From Lama glama (lineage: Eukaryota), in NCBI GenBank assembly GCA_028534125.1, contig CM052822.1:25792001-25856000 (forward strand): a stretch of DNA of 64,000 nt. Reading direction: 5' to 3'. Both the position numbers and the translations under genes were made by a program. The stretch's first letter is position 1. Each line of letters opens with the position of its first letter. Shown here piece by piece: positions 63,625 through 64,000 of the stretch. The notes beneath the pieces were generated by a model. That model made no database searches and was not told the DNA's origin. It saw only the letters and a list, made by a program, of their open reading frames with translations.

Positions 63625-63960
63625 TATTTATTCATCCGAACTATTATGTTGCGAGGCACCGTGCTAGATGTTCTTGGGTGAAGAGGAGTAACTGGGTGAA
63701 TTAGTGAAGGACCCTCTTTCAAGGAGTTCGTGGTGTGATGGAGGCTGTACACATATAAACTGCTAACTCGGATACAGAGCAGAATAAATCAAATGTTACA
63801 GAGGAGCAAACAAAAGTCTGTGGGAGAACAAAGGAACAGTTCTCATGAGGTGACTTCAGGGAAGAAGAAAACTTTGAGCTGAACGTTGAGAGTGAGAAGA
63901 CCTTTTACAGGCAGCTTGGAGTTCGGCATTTGGGCTGAGGGAGTGCCATGGTGGTCACAA
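63625..63960 (-). mobile_element. L2 LINE 3' fragment
   Basis: actattatgttgcgaggcaccgtgctagatgttc...ccctctttcaaggagttc...ttcagggaagaagaaaactttgagctgaacgttga. Confidence 0.7.
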
Positions 63961-64000
63961 GCGTGGTTACCCTCTAGGATTTCCTCTTCTTACCCATGCC

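Noticed and set aside
1-64000. The remaining 60-130 aa ORFs, and any prokaryote-type system (CRISPR, operons)
   Set aside because: The ORFs have no recognisable homology, many start at TTG/GTG, and many overlap repeats or N gaps. The sequence is mammalian and no regularly spaced repeat array is present.

Overview
This is AT-rich eutherian non-coding DNA (intronic or intergenic), most likely from a camelid, judging by a Vic-1-type tRNA-Ala-derived SINE at 54221-54340. I could not recognise any exon of a resident host gene. The window is dominated by old interspersed repeats (MIR, L2, L1ME, MER5/MER20/MER3/MER53/MER58, Tigger, MLT1 and ERVL LTRs) plus four younger L1 3' ends, with three assembly gaps. 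Several repeat-poor blocks look like conserved non-coding or enhancer DNA. The one clear protein-derived sequence is a minus-strand, intronless, 5'-truncated retrocopy of GTF2A1L (ALF, the germ-cell TFIIA alpha/beta-like factor) at about 53223-54133. It is inserted with a target-site duplication into a young L1 3' end. The copy does not end like the canonical mRNA. After the codons for ...PVSEK it reads through a GT splice donor into apparent intron sequence (VVLCST*), then AATAAA and a short poly(A). It therefore looks like a fossil of an intronically polyadenylated, 'alpha-only' ALF transcript. Repeat family names and boundaries are from recognition by eye and are approximate.
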